Positions 1-12,509 of a DNA stretch of 64,000 bases are shown here, in pieces. The stretch's first letter is position 1, and each line of letters begins with the position of its first letter. This DNA is from Gnetum montanum (Eukaryota; Plantae; Gnetophyta), in contig MNCI01001083.1 of NCBI GenBank assembly GCA_015680685.1, positions 15,629 through 79,628 of the forward strand, in the 5' to 3' direction. The translations under genes and the position numbers were made by a program. The notes beneath the pieces are model-generated. The model was not told the origin of the DNA. It ran no database searches and saw nothing but the letters and a program-made list of their open reading frames with translations.

Positions 1-1201
1 TGCCTCCCATGGTTGTGTTCATTGGGCCTTGTGGTTGTTGGAGTGTTAGTTGGTGACCCTGATGAAGGTACATGAGGCGCTGGGTTTGAAGGTAAGGATG
101 CACCATATTGTCGGAATTGTGCTAGGTTGGAAGATGCAGTGGCCTCAGAGTTATGTTTTCCCTTCCTACAGCTGTGTTTGAAGAAAGGACATCTTTGACA
201 TTGAGGAGGCTCTTCACTGTAGTTAGTAGCAGCAACACAAGTGTTGTTCATGGGTTGCGGTGGTACAAACACCTNNNNNNNNNNNNNNNNNNNNNNNNNN
301 NNNNNNNNNNNNNNNNNNNNNNNNNNNNNNNNNNNNNNNNNNNNNNNNNNNNNNNNNNNNNNNNNNNNNNNNNNNNNNNNNNNNNNNNNNNNNNNNNNNN
401 NNNNNNNNNNNNNNNNNNNNNNNNNNNNNNNNNNNNNNNNNNNNNNNNNNNNNNNNNNNNNNNNNNNNNNNNNNNNNNNNNNNNNNNNNNNNNNNNNNNN
501 NNNNNNNNNNNNNNNNNNNNNNNNNNNNNNNNNNNNNNNNNNNNNNNNNNNNNNNNNNNNNNNNNNNNNNNNNNNNNNNNNNNNNNNNNNNNNNNNNNNN
601 NNNNNNNNNNNNNNNNNNNNNNNNNNNNNNNNNNNNNNNNNNNNNNNNNNNNNNNNNNNNNNNNNNNNNNNNNNNNNNNNNNNNNNNNNNNNNNNNNNNN
701 NNNNNNNNNNNNNNNNNNNNNNNNNNNNNNNNNNNNNNNNNNNNNNNNNNNNNNNNNNNNNNNNNNNNNNNNNNNNNNNNNNNNNNNNNNNNNNNNNNNN
801 NNNNNNNNNNNNNNNNNNNNNNNNNNNNNNNNNNNNNNNNNNNNNNNNNNNNNNNNNNNNNNNNNNNNNNNNNNNNNNNNNNNNNNNNNNNNNNNNNNNN
901 NNNNNNNNNNNNNNNNNNNNNNNNNNNNNNNNNNNNNNNNNNNNNNNNNNNNNNNNNNNNNNNNNNNNNNNNNNNNNNNNNNNNNNNNNNNNNNNNNNNN
1001 NNNNNNNNNNNNNNNNNNNNNNNNNNNNNNNNNNNNNNNNNNNNNNNNNNNNNNNNNNNNNNNNNNNNNTTCTCGTTCATTCTTATAGGAAACTCCCACT
1101 TCAGGTTGTATACTCCAATCTTCATCATCATATAGTTCGTTGGTTCTCCAATGAACTTCCTCACTAAGTGTGGCGTTATTATCATCTTGTCGAAGAGACA
1201 T
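1..1201 (-). CDS. gag: Gag-like ORF of the Athila-like element (interrupted by the gap)
   Basis: MSLRQDDNNATLSEEVHWRTNELY.. matches the start at 48482 of the copy whose downstream part has gag motifs. 1-274 reads open (VFVPPQPMNN..CQRCPFFKHSC..). Confidence 0.65.
275..1070. other. Assembly gap (N run)
   Basis: Continuous N; the long ORFs spanning it are artefacts. Confidence 1.
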
Positions 1202-1314
1202 TGTTACGTCTGAATTTATGTGACTTTTTAATAATTACTATTTTCTAAAAGATATATCGTTAAGTTCTATACAGCGACCTTGTATGATATAACTAATCTA
1301 GATAACTAGCACCA

Positions 1315-1332
1315 TCCCCGGCAACGGCGCCA
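1315..1332 (-). promoter_or_regulatory. Primer-binding site, tRNA-Asp
   Basis: Minus strand TGGCGCCGTTGCCGGGGA is the 18-nt complement of the plant tRNA-Asp 3' end, 1 nt from the LTR end; typical of Athila. Confidence 0.92.
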
Positions 1333-1333
1333 A

Positions 1334-2324
1334 TGATGAGTGGCGAGATACCCCTACACTCAACCATACGAAACGAGTATCACACGCGCGATCCGGTTGA
1401 ACTCCGTAGATGGACTAGTTGTGGTATCTAGATAGTTAGCCTTAGGTCGCAGTTCACTGTCTTCCCATCTAGACTAGTTTTGCATATGTCATGTATGGTT
1501 TAGTCTAGATGAGGTGTATGATGTGTTCCTAATCTAACGCTACTCCTGATGGTAGTGGAAAATAATATTTAACTAAATCTAAGCTAAGAGGAAAAGGGTA
1601 AGAAAGTCTAATCTAGCCTAAGCGCGATGAGCAACCGATTCCTTGATCAACCGTACACATATTGGACTTAGTGCATGACTGCCACTGGGACTACCAAGCA
1701 TAGGCCTAGGTACGCCACTGGGATTACCAAGCGCAAACTCCAAATACACCACTGGGTTACCAAGCGTAGATCCCCCTAGCTACACCACTGGGCTACCAAG
1801 CAGTCACACTTAAATGCTCATAATCAAGTCGTACTCGTTCCGCTTCTAGGAGTTTCAGGGTGAGAGACTAATCGCGATGAGCAACCGATTCCTTAACTAG
1901 CCGTACACACCCGTAGATGCTCGTAGTTAAGTCGTACTCACACCGTGCTATGTAAGCAATAACTAACATGAATAAAATAACAATAAAATAAACTAAGTGA
2001 ATGCTGCAATGATGAAGTAATCTCGATCTTTATTGTCGGTCATGTGCATGTCCAAGTACGGCACACTCGAATAAAGACACCGTACAATCACATTCACCAC
2101 ACTGCAGGCAGATACGGGAATATTCTAACTCTGGAGGGATCAAACTGCCAGAGCTTCGCTACACTAAAATTGGGATCCTGAATAAGGGAGAGCTGCCTCT
2201 TATTTATAGAAATTGCGGCTGACTGCGATATCGCATACGCGATATCGTAGGGAAGGACGCGATATCACGTCGACTGCGATATCGCGTACGCGATATCACG
2301 GCCGACACAAACCACATCTCATCA
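1334..2324 (-). repeat. 5' LTR of Athila-like element
   Basis: TGATGA..TCATCA termini, minus-strand TATAAATA near 2200, CGATATCG repeats 2225-2298, four ccactggg(a/t)taccaagc-type repeats 1681-1801. The U5 end is homologous to the LTRs at 11481, 31822, 47491 and 60294. Confidence 0.88.
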
Positions 2325-3159
2325 ATGTCTCATTAGTTGTTGGGAATCAATGAGTGTGCTATAAATGGGTTTCACAAGAGAAAGAATGGTCGAAACCTAC
2401 TATGGTGAGGACTTATGAATCTGTAGTGACATGACACTATGATTGAGTGAGCTCAACCATAACTCCTAGTATGATGATGATTACATAAAATAAGGTACTT
2501 GATTTACCTTTTGCATATGTGGTTACAACTCAATGGGCCTAATGGTTTACCTAGGATTATCTTCTTCCACCTTTATTTCCTATCTACATATTTTGATTTG
2601 AGATTAGATGTCTCATCTAGTCTCACACTCCATGATTTTACATATTTTGATTTGCTTGGTTAGTGATGTTATAAGGTTACTTGTATTTTTCTTTGTTTCT
2701 TATTAAATTCATATATTTAATTATTGTTCTTGTGTTCTTCAGTGCATGTCTTTAGTTAGTGTTATCTAAGGATGGTATCTTGTAACTTAGTCATGGGGAA
2801 GAGACATTGATGGATATGCATTTTTTGATCCTATCTTATTTTTCATACTCATATACATAACCTTAGGATGTGAGTATGTTTTTCATGTTTTCTTGGGAAA
2901 TTATATTTATTGTTGATTTCATGCATGATTTTTTCAATGGTCATTTAATGCCTAAGGATTTCACATGATTTTGAGGATTGTTGTAGTCCAACATGTTTAG
3001 TAGGTGCACTTCTAAGGATTGTGAAGATAACATCATTTAATTCTACTTGAAGAACACCCATTCTATCCCAAACCCATGAGCCTTTCTCAAAAGGAAGTTT
3101 TGAAGGTGAAAGGGATTACATTCTAGAACTACAAGTATGGGATATGCATAAAAATTAGC

Positions 3160-4056
3160 AACTGGATACAAACCAAAAGGTGTATCGAAGATTATTACAT
3201 CATGCTTGGATCATCCTTAGTCTTATAGATATGCTAGAAAATTCTGGTTACTAGCCATCATCCAATCAACCATCTTCTTAATGTGGTAATTGTTAATGTA
3301 TCTTTTATCAACGTAATGACTAAAACATTTGGTTGGATGGTTGTAACTTAGGATTAAACACATAATCAATGGAACATAGCATATGATACGAGGTTTAGTA
3401 GGATTTTTTAGGGTAACAATAGCTTCATTCATGGCATTATATAGGGTAGAAAAACAAGACAACAACCAATCATAATCTCTACCAGTTATTGCACCATGAA
3501 GTATGTAAATGAAATAGGCATTAACATAGGATTGGCATTAATGCCATGAAATCTTGCTATGGATGAGTAAACATAATTCAAAGTGAATTTCATTGATGAA
3601 ATCTCCATGAAAAAAATGGCTTTTGTAGATAGCAGAATCAATAACATAATTAGATAATTCTTTTTGGTAAAATAATTTAAATTTAGGGTATAAAATCGAT
3701 GGAATTAAAGGATCCTTCCATTAGTGAAAACCTAAGGCTATTCAAATATTAGTACGAATGATGGTTATTACTCCAAAAATTAATTGGGAAGTGGAACTTT
3801 TACTTATATTATATTTATCACACCATTCCATGATTAAGTCTTTGCAATATGATAGCTTGAAAAATGGGAAGACAAGTAGTTCAGATAACCTTGAAGTTGT
3901 AAGGTACTAGAACTTCACCTTCCCAAGTAAACTATGGACATAATCAAAAGTAGTGATTAAATTATTTTGATGCAAAAATATAGTGACTAATTGGGAGTTA
4001 CCCAAAGGTGTAGAAGGAGCTTAAGATTGAGAAGAAACCTAACACTTTGGAGCCAT
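3160..4056 (-). pseudogene. Antisense extra ORF (first exon), PMD-like, chromovirus copy 1
   Basis: ATG at 4056, minus-strand TATAAATA at 4173-4180. Frame MAPKC..HGDFINEIHFEL..GRDYDWLLSCFSTLYNAM..CYVPLIMCLILSY is conserved with copy 2; stops look like C-to-T changes. Confidence 0.65.
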
Positions 4057-4844
4057 GGTATTAGTGGTTGAAATCCTTGAAGTTGCTTGTAGAATGTTGC
4101 AATCTTTGAGAGGAATCATTCAATCTTTCACTGATATTATGCGGTGATGGGCAAAGACTTCTTTTCTTTATGTATTTATAAAGTAACAAGTAAAAATTTT
4201 GGGAGAAAAAGAGGAAGTATCAACTAAAGTTAATTAATAATTTAATAAAGATAACATTCACTTTTTATGATTTTGTGATTGCTAGGTTCACCAAAATGGC
4301 ATTATCTTTAGCTCAACATCTAGTGCTCTTTAAGACAATTCCAAAAATACCAATTTCATCGAAATTCAACTTATGCTTTGGAACATATGATGTTTCTTGG
4401 ATTACGTGCCATTTCAAATTATTTTTTTTTTCTAAAAAAGTGCTTTTTAAAAATTATTTTTAATTTTTAATTTATTTTTATTTAGAAAAAATTTATTTTT
4501 TAAAGTTTAATTTCTCATTTCATTTTATTATTATTCGAAAAAATAGGAGGTTGCGAGTTCAACCACGAGCCCCTTTATTGGAGAAATATTTATTTAAAAA
4601 ATTAAGATTTTTTTTTGGTCAATAGCTAGTAAAGGTTGCAATGGCCCTCTAGGGAGGTAGTGTAGCCTTTATTATAATAGCTACCACTTGTAGTTGCCAT
4701 GTGCCACCCCTAGTTGCTTGATTCACCACTTTTCCACGCTATTGTGTTACTTTGCTACGCACAGCTATTGTCTTTCATGTGCACCACATCTTGTCTTTCA
4801 TGTGCACCACATCTTGTAGTGTCCACCTTTTGCAACGTCATTGG

Positions 4845-5110
4845 ACACCAATGGTATTATGAATCATCACCACCTTTGGCACTCCAAGAACACCAACAAC
4901 ATTGTGGATCATTTCCACCTCTAGTGTCCCATGGATACTGATAGTGTCATTGATCATAGCCACCTCTGGCATCCCACGAACACCGACAGCGCCATGGATC
5001 ATCACCACCTCTGGCACTTTATAGATATCGTCGGTGCGTTGGATTAGCACCACCCATAGCACCCTATAGGCACTAATAGCATTGTTGATCATCACCTCTT
5101 CCAATGTCCT
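4845..5110. repeat. Degenerate 45-bp tandem repeat (~6 units)
   Basis: Units begin gatcat..ccacctctggca; 15-aa periodicity in ORF 4838..5173. Confidence 0.85.
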
Positions 5111-6075
5111 CCAACATTGAAAAGGAAAAAAAGGACCTTGCTGACAATTCAACGGTCCCATTTTGAGCTGCATAGGCCCTAGAAAGAGGTTGTGTAGGCC
5201 CTAAGAAGGACAATGTGAGCCTTAGGATGGGATGTGTGAGCCTTGAAAAGGGCCATGAAAGCCTAGGCTATGTAGCTAGGATAGAATGTGCACCTCATTT
5301 GGTTCCCCTCATAGACATTCCTTTTCCACTGCTGATGTGCACCATCATTTCTATGCTATTTCATCATCATCCTTGCCTTCATTAAAACTACCTTCATATG
5401 CATCCCTACCTTGCCTACCACTTCCTTCATGTGTTTTTCCTACCTCATCTCTATCCCTCTTTGGGATCTGCCCCTACCTCTAGTGATGGAAGAATTTTTC
5501 CTTCAATCAATGGGAAGTTTGAAGTTTTTCGACAATTCATAGACATTTTGAAATTTTAGTTAGCTAATGGAAAATTAAAAATCCTCTCATTGATGCATTG
5601 GTTTAAATTAAGAACATTTAGAAATAATTTTCAAAATTTGAATTTGACACCCTGATAACAACAAAAATAAAAATTCTGTAATTAAGTGTGCTCATTTTGG
5701 AGTAGAACTGGAATGGTCATTACTCAGGAAGTCTTGAAATTATGTAAGTTTTTGCAACTTAAAACAGTCATAAATTTGAAGTTTATTTTAAACCAAATGA
5801 AAAATTATTCCAATAGAATTAAACCTTTTGAATGTAATGGAACAATCAAATTTAGCTTTTGGGTGATAGAAATTTAACTTTTAATCCATTATTAAATGTC
5901 CCAAAATAATTAGGACATGGTGGTTAGCTAGAAATCCATGATAGTTTCAACTTATTTTGTAATTGATTAACTATTTTGAGATCCATAAAAACGGCCATAG
6001 AGGCCAAGAGTTTCCAAAATGTTTGATTTCTTCAACCTATTGATGTTTGGAACCCAAAGAATACATTGGAGAAAA

Positions 6076-9000
6076 ATGGAGACCTAAGTCAATGATCAAA
6101 TGAATGTCCTTGAGGTAGAAATTAATGAGATTAGGAATGTTCAAGAAGAGCTTCATTAGTAAAATCAAGGGTTTGGGATAGAGATGAAGAATATGTCTAA
6201 GGAAATTAATAACTTATTCCAAAGCTCAAAAGATAAATGGTCTATCATGCAAGGAAAGATGAATTCCTTTGCAGACTCCATCAAGCAATTAATTGACCAT
6301 CTCACTTAGCCTTCAAATCCTAGCCATGTTCCACCTAGAGATCAACATCAGGATCAAGATCAACTTCTCCTCATGGATCCACACCAAAACCAATCCCTTC
6401 TTACTCATCACTAGGATACCAATATCCCTTCTTTACATCATAGACTAGAAATTGAAGGTGGGGGATACAGGAATTGACATAATGCACCGAAAGAATCATT
6501 GACACAAGTTATGCCAAGAAGGTAAAATTAGATCATTATGATGAAGCCCCTAGATCTAGTACCAAGGCAAAATACTAGTTTGACATAATGAAAATTTACT
6601 TTAATATGTTGAATCTATCAAGTTAAGAATGTTTAGAAGTTGTCTCCCTATATTTAAGAGAGCTTGCAACAACATGGTGAAATGGACTAAAATCTTAAGG
6701 TTTGATTACAAATTGGCTCAAATTTTGTTGATATTTTAAATAAAAACTTGTAATTGATTCTTTTCTTAAAGAGTGAAAAATGAGATTTGATTTATTAAGA
6801 TTGGGAAGATAATCTTTAGAAGATTACTACAAGGAATTCTATGATGTCTCCTAGTATGTAAGCCATTAGGATAAGGGAGAATTAGCCTCAAAGTTCATTG
6901 GTGGATAACAAGCACAATTGTGTTCCTAGACATGTGCACATAATCCTCAAATAGTTGATGAAACATACAAAATTGCTAAGGGTTATGAAGAATCAAATCA
7001 AGTATGAACTATCCTTTGAAAGAAACTTTTCAATAAGCAATGGTAGAAGAAACATTGATAAAAAAAGCTTAATCAGGATCAGGATGTTTTGTTTGTGATA
7101 AAGATAATTTCAAACAAGAATACCCAAAATGGTTAGAAAATGTTCAAAGGACCAGTCAAACCAAGAATCAAAAATCCAACCTAAACATGAACAAAGGAAA
7201 AATTCCAACCACCACCACAGTCATGAAGAAGATTTCTGCATCAACTAAGTCATGTTTGTATAAATTTCAATTTTGTTTACTGATTTTTGAAGGTTCAATT
7301 AAAGGTAAGAAAAATTAAATTTTTGATTAATAGTAATGCTAGTAATAAATTTATTTCTCCAAAGTTAATTAATTTATTGAAATTAAGTTTACCTTCCGAG
7401 AAAATTATTAAGATAGAACTTACAAATGAAACAATCATGAGCAAGAATACGAGGTATGGAAAAATTAACTTTACTTTGCAAGACATGCCTTTTCTTGATG
7501 AATTCTTTGAATTTAAATTAGGTAATGTCAATGCAATCTTAAGAATGTCTTACCTACAAAAATTTGATATTATTGGCCACTTTGGACCTCATATTTTAAA
7601 AGTCCCAACCACTGATGAAGTTAGGCTTCTAAGGGGGGTAGGAACCCCAAAAAAAATCCACATGATAATCATTAAGTAAGCCAAAAGACTAGTTAAAAGG
7701 GATTCTATGATGTTTGTTGTTAAAGTAACTCAACCTTAGAAATCTTTAGGTATACAGATTTCAAAAGAACATAAGGAATATAAAGATTCAGTATTTGCTG
7801 AAACTAGAGAACTACCTCCAAAAAGAACTGTTGAGCATGCTATTGATATTTTCCTAGTACAAAGCCTATTTCAAAATACCCTTCTAGATTTTTGACTTAT
7901 GAATTAAGAGAATTGAAAGTACAATTAAATCAACTGTTGGAAGAAGAAAAAATTCAACCTAGCATATCACCTTAGGGTGCACTAATATTATTCATTAAAA
8001 AGAAATATTGTACATTAAGATTATGCATCAAATATAGGGCATTGAATAAAGTGATAATTAAAAATATTTATCCTTTACCTAGAATTGATTATTTGTTTGA
8101 TCAACTTATGTGTGCATGTTATTTTTCAAAGATTAATTTAAAATTAGGTTATCACCAAATAAGGATTAAGGAGAAAGATATTGAGAAAACTATTTTTAGA
8201 ACTAGGTATGGATTATACAAATATGTTGTGATGCTATTTGGATTAACTAATGCACCTCCAACATTCATGGCATTAATTAGTAATATTTTTTGTGAATATC
8301 TTGATCATTTTGTTATAGTATTTATGGATGATATACATGTTTATTCTAAGTCAAGAGAAGAACATGCCAAACATTTGAAAATTACAATGGAAATTCTTAA
8401 AGAGTATCAGTTGAAAGCTAAATTAAGTAAATGTGAACTCTTTAAAGAAGAAGTCTCTTATTTGGGCCATATAGTCTCTATGAAAGAATTGCAAGTAGAT
8501 CCAATAAAAGTTAGTGTAATTCAGGACTAGCTTAAAGCAAAAGATGCTATAATGGTTCATAGTTTTCTAGGTTTAGTATGTTTTTACCGATGTTTCATTA
8601 AAGATTATTCTAATTTAGTAGCCCCCTTAACTAACATTTTTCAAGAAAAATGTGTGTTCAAGTTTGATGAAGAATGCAAGGAAGCTTTCCTTAGATTAAA
8701 CATGCTACTCATAATAGCACCTATTTTGAGAATTTTGGATTACAAATTATCATTTGAAGTATCCATGGATGCTTGTGGAATAGGAATCAATGCAATTTTA
8801 TCATAGAAATATAAAGTGGTATGTTATGAATCCTGTAAATTACAAGGAACTTAGGTAAATTACTCAATCCATGATTTAGAATTACTAGCAATTATCCATT
8901 CTTTGAAGGTTTAGAGAAATTATCTTTATGGAAAAAGGTTATTTCTAAAAATAGATAATAAAAGTTTAGAATATTTGTAGAGACAACCTATTTTTAATAC

Positions 9001-10540
9001 TTATCAATGATGATGGATAGATTTATTGGCTAAATATGATTTTAAAATCAAATTTATTCTCAATAAAAAAATGTGGTAGTTGATGCTCTTAGTCAAATGT
9101 GGAACTTGATGATAGATGTGGTAACAACCCCTATGGAAGAAGAAATTAAGGAGCATATAAAAGAATATCCTTAATTCAAGAAGATTTTAACCAACATTTT
9201 TTATGAGCCTCAATATCAACTTGCCCCTATTAGTTTATTGATAAAAGGACAAAGAGTATGCATTCCAGAGTGAAATTGGAGACTAAGGTTATTGTGTTAA
9301 GTACATGTAGTATCATATACAGAACACCCAGGCTATATTAAGACTTATATGATGTTACAAAAATCTTATTTCTAGCCTAGAATGAAGAATGATGTGTCCT
9401 CATACATTAAAAACTATTTAACAAGACAAAGAATAAAAGTTGAACAAAGAAAACCTAGTGGGTTATTAGTACCTTTGGAAGTCTCAACCTGGAAATGAGA
9501 AGATGTTATTATGGATTTAATTGTGCGATTGTCAATAACCAAAAAAGGAAATGACTCAATCTTGGTAGTGGTTAATCTTCTATTAAAGTTGGCACAAATT
9601 ATAGCCTTGAAATCTACAAACACAACCAAATAAGTAGTCCAAAAATTTTTAAGAGAATTATTTCAATTACATAGATGTCTAAAATCTATCACTTCAAACT
9701 GAGATCCCAAGTTCATATATGAATTCTTGCAAAATTTCTTCAAAGTACTTGGAACCCAATTGAAATTCAGCATATTTTACCACCTAAACATCCATGGGCA
9801 AACTAAATGTGTGAATAAAATATTAGATATTCTAAAAAGCTATGTTGAGAGTAGACTGAAAACATGGGAGAATTACTTGCACTTGGTAGAATATGCCTAT
9901 AACAATGGTTGTCAAGGTTCCATACATCAAACACCATTCAAGATAATATATGGATGTAATTTCCACAAACCACTAACTTGGGCAAATCCAACCTTAAGAA
10001 TGGAGTGGAAGGAAGAAGAAATTAAAATAATAGAAAACATTGTAACAAGAGTTAAACAAAATTTACAAGCTACCCAGGATAAATAAAAGGGATATGCAAA
10101 TCAACATTGGCTTAAGAAAGAATTCCAAGTGGGAGATCAAGTACTATTGAGAGTAAAACATAGTAGAAGTTCTCTTAAATGTGGAAAATATACTATATTG
10201 GCATCCAAATATTGTGGACCCTTTGAAATTTTTGAAAGAATTAGAGAAGTGGAATATTGGTTAAATCTTCTAGTAACCTTAAGAATTCATCCAATTTTCC
10301 ATGTAAGTTTGTTAAAGAAATTTCATGCAAATGATGTGCCATATGTGCTAGACTGGAATACTTTGCCATTGTAGTCCAACACTAGCTTTGACATTAAACC
10401 CATTATCATTAAGAATCATTGAACCAAGAAACTGCAAAATAAAAATATTAGTGAATTACTTGTTCAATGGTCAAATTGTGATCAACAAACTTGGGAAAAT
10501 AAGGAGTTTATTCTTAGTACTTACCCCCAACTTTTTATCA
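6076..10540 (+). pseudogene. gag-pol (gag, PR, RT, RH, INT, chromodomain), copy 1
   Basis: PR region FLINSNASNKFI; [32 protein letters not shown]; RH VSMDACGIG; INT HGQTKCVN, VEYAYNN, YCGPFEI, IHPIFHVSLLK; chromodomain ELLVQWSNCDQQTWEN. Many stops and frameshifts. Confidence 0.93.
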
Positions 10541-10695
10541 TCATGATATTGAATGATATATTGTATTTATTATTGATGTAATAAATTATATTTCATAGCT
10601 TTTGATCTTTTGTTTATAGAGATGATAATGTGGATAATAAAGAAGCTGAAGCTGAGGAGCATAATGAAGAAGTAGTAGCTAAATAGTTAGATATT

Positions 10696-10730
10696 NNNNN
10701 NNNNNNNNNNNNNNNNNNNNNNNNNNNNNN
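10696..10730. other. Assembly gap next to poly-G PPT
   Basis: 35 N followed by a G run at 10731-10759. Confidence 1.
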
Positions 10731-10763
10731 GGGGGGGGGGGGGGGGGGGGGGGGGGGGGAGAT

Positions 10764-11276
10764 TGTAACATCCCATCCCTTGTTAAGGGAAAACACATAT
10801 TTTAAAATGTAATTAATCTTTAAATGAAGGGTTTCCTCATTATGAGGAGTTACAATTATTCATGTATCCCTTAGGAATGGGTTTGACCTATGCCATTTAA
10901 GGCTAGGTTTAAAGGTTGTACCAGCATGGAGTTGTAGAACCTAGAAAGGCAAGTGATGAAAGTTGGATGAAGTGTGACAAGAAGGAACTAATCACCCCTT
11001 TAGCTGGACAACCTAATCATGGTAGTAATGCCAGATTGCCTCTAAGGCTTAAGCGGCATGGGAAGATAATCTAAAGGGAATTACAGTACTCTCTCTCATT
11101 AATAAAAGTTTTTTGTTTTTCTTTCCTATTCTAAGTACAAGTTATTCATTTACCAGTTGATTCATTTAGTAAGTATTTTATGATGTTTCCATTATATAAT
11201 TTACAAGTGTGGTGAAAGTGAAGAATTAAGTAACGAATAAGCATGTTTTCATGACATTCAGGAATGGGATGTTACA
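10764..11276 (+). repeat. Chromovirus LTR (3' LTR of copy 1 and 5' LTR of copy 2)
   Basis: TGTAACATCCCAT..ATGGGATGTTACA inverted termini, PPT upstream, PBS downstream; homologous to 21581-22093 and 45371-45881. Confidence 0.92.
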
Positions 11277-11278
11277 TT

Positions 11279-11290
11279 TGGTATCGAAGC
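11279..11290 (+). promoter_or_regulatory. Primer-binding site, tRNA-iMet
   Basis: TGGTATCGAAGC versus canonical TGGTATCAGAGC, 2 nt after the LTR. Confidence 0.8.
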
Positions 11291-11480
11291 AAATCATAAT
11301 TTAGGAGCCACAGTGGAAGAAAAATATTATTTTATTTATTATTATTATTAAAAAAAGTACATCCAAGAAGAATACATGTAAATGAAGAAGCAAAACACAT
11401 GAAAGGGAAGATCTAGAATAAAATAAATATGGAAATAGTGATCATTTGTTTCAATGGAATAAGTCAAGGACATTACAAAC

Positions 11481-12501
11481 TGATGAATCATCAGTTTGCT
11501 CGATTTATTTGATAAAAGTCAACTTTTTGGAAGGATTTGATATCTTGGCTCTAATAATAGGGCTTTGATAATAGGGCTCTAATAACAAGGCCCTAATATC
11601 AGGTACCCAACATTGGGTATTTAACATTGGAGGCTAGGACACAATGTCAGATAATAGAGCTTTGATAACAAGGCTCTAATAACAAGGCTTCTAATAATAA
11701 GGACCTGATATCAGGTACCCAATGTTAGAGCCTAGAATGCGATGTTGGATATCTAATGTCGTGGGGTATCAACCAGCCTCTAAATATAGCACTTAGGCTC
11801 ATGATTTCAAGTAGTTCTTCATAGTTTTGTTAATAGAGTGGATAAATTCTTGCAATTTTATTCTATAATCTTAGAGCACAGTCAGTGAGTGCTCACAGAG
11901 TGGATCTGAGTTAGTTGTATGAAGTCTTGTTCAACTAGCAATGGAGCTAGACATATTTTCATGAGTGGCAATAAGATCAAGATTGAATCTTATTCATTAC
12001 AACACTTTGACTTAGATTAGATTTACATTTCACGTACTTAGTTAATATTTACATTTTCATGCATGTTAAATAATTAATCACATAAGTATATTTCTTCAAG
12101 CATGCATATGACTCTTGGTAATCCCAGCAATGCTTAGCATTTGGTAACCCAATAGCATTATATGTGTTCAAGTTGTGCACAGGAAGTGGGATTGGATACT
12201 TATATTAGTGTAGTTGATTATTAATTAGCAATTAGATTAGTTGAATCGATTATAAATTGAGTTTCAACCTCTTGTTAATCATAGAACAATAATATATAAA
12301 ATAATAAAAATCATATACCTCACTCTGGACCAAACCATACGTGACAAACTTACCACTAGTCCAAGTGGGAAGATAGAAAACTATGATCAAGACATAGTGA
12401 TCTAGATGCCATAACTAGTCCCATCCACAAAATTTGACTGGATCATGCATGAAAACTTGTGACTCATATTGTTGGGTGTAGGGATACCTCACCGCTCATA
12501 G
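11481..12501 (+). mobile_element. Solo LTR of the Athila-like family with 5-bp TSD CAAAC
   Basis: Starts TGATGAATCA and ends ..cctcaccgctcatag (mutated TCATCA). CAAAC occurs at 11476-11480 and 12502-12506; no PBS follows. Confidence 0.85.
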
Positions 12502-12509
12502 CAAACTAT

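Larger units (their letters stand above)
1..2324 (-). mobile_element. Athila-like Ty3/gypsy element, 5' part (young copy; continues off the window start)
   Basis: LTR 1334-2324, tRNA-Asp PBS and gag start at 1201. Bases 1-274 are homologous (reverse) to ~49965-50240 of the + strand copy. Confidence 0.85.
3100..11276 (+). mobile_element. Chromovirus (Ty3/gypsy) copy 1, 5'-truncated and decayed
   Basis: Colinear with copy 2 (~13900-22093); gag, PR, RT, RH, INT, chromodomain, G-rich PPT and LTR 10764-11276. Left boundary approximate. Confidence 0.85.

Noticed and set aside
153-1185. ~300-aa ORFs in the ORF track
   Set aside because: They run through the N gap; only the minus-strand gag start at 1201 has support.
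1315-1332. tRNA-Asp gene
   Set aside because: Only the 18-nt 3' end including CCA is present, next to an LTR, so it is a PBS.
1333-1380. Hammerhead ribozyme (TGATGAG..CGAAAC), retrozyme-like
   Set aside because: It lacks the C of CUGAUGA, the TGATGA is the LTR terminus, and I cannot build stems I and III.
4838-5173. Repeat-protein ORF (also 15425..15760)
   Set aside because: The 15-aa periodicity follows from the 45-bp DNA repeat; start and end are not conserved between copies.
10614-10796. Poly-proline ORF
   Set aside because: Antisense reading of the poly-G PPT and N gap.
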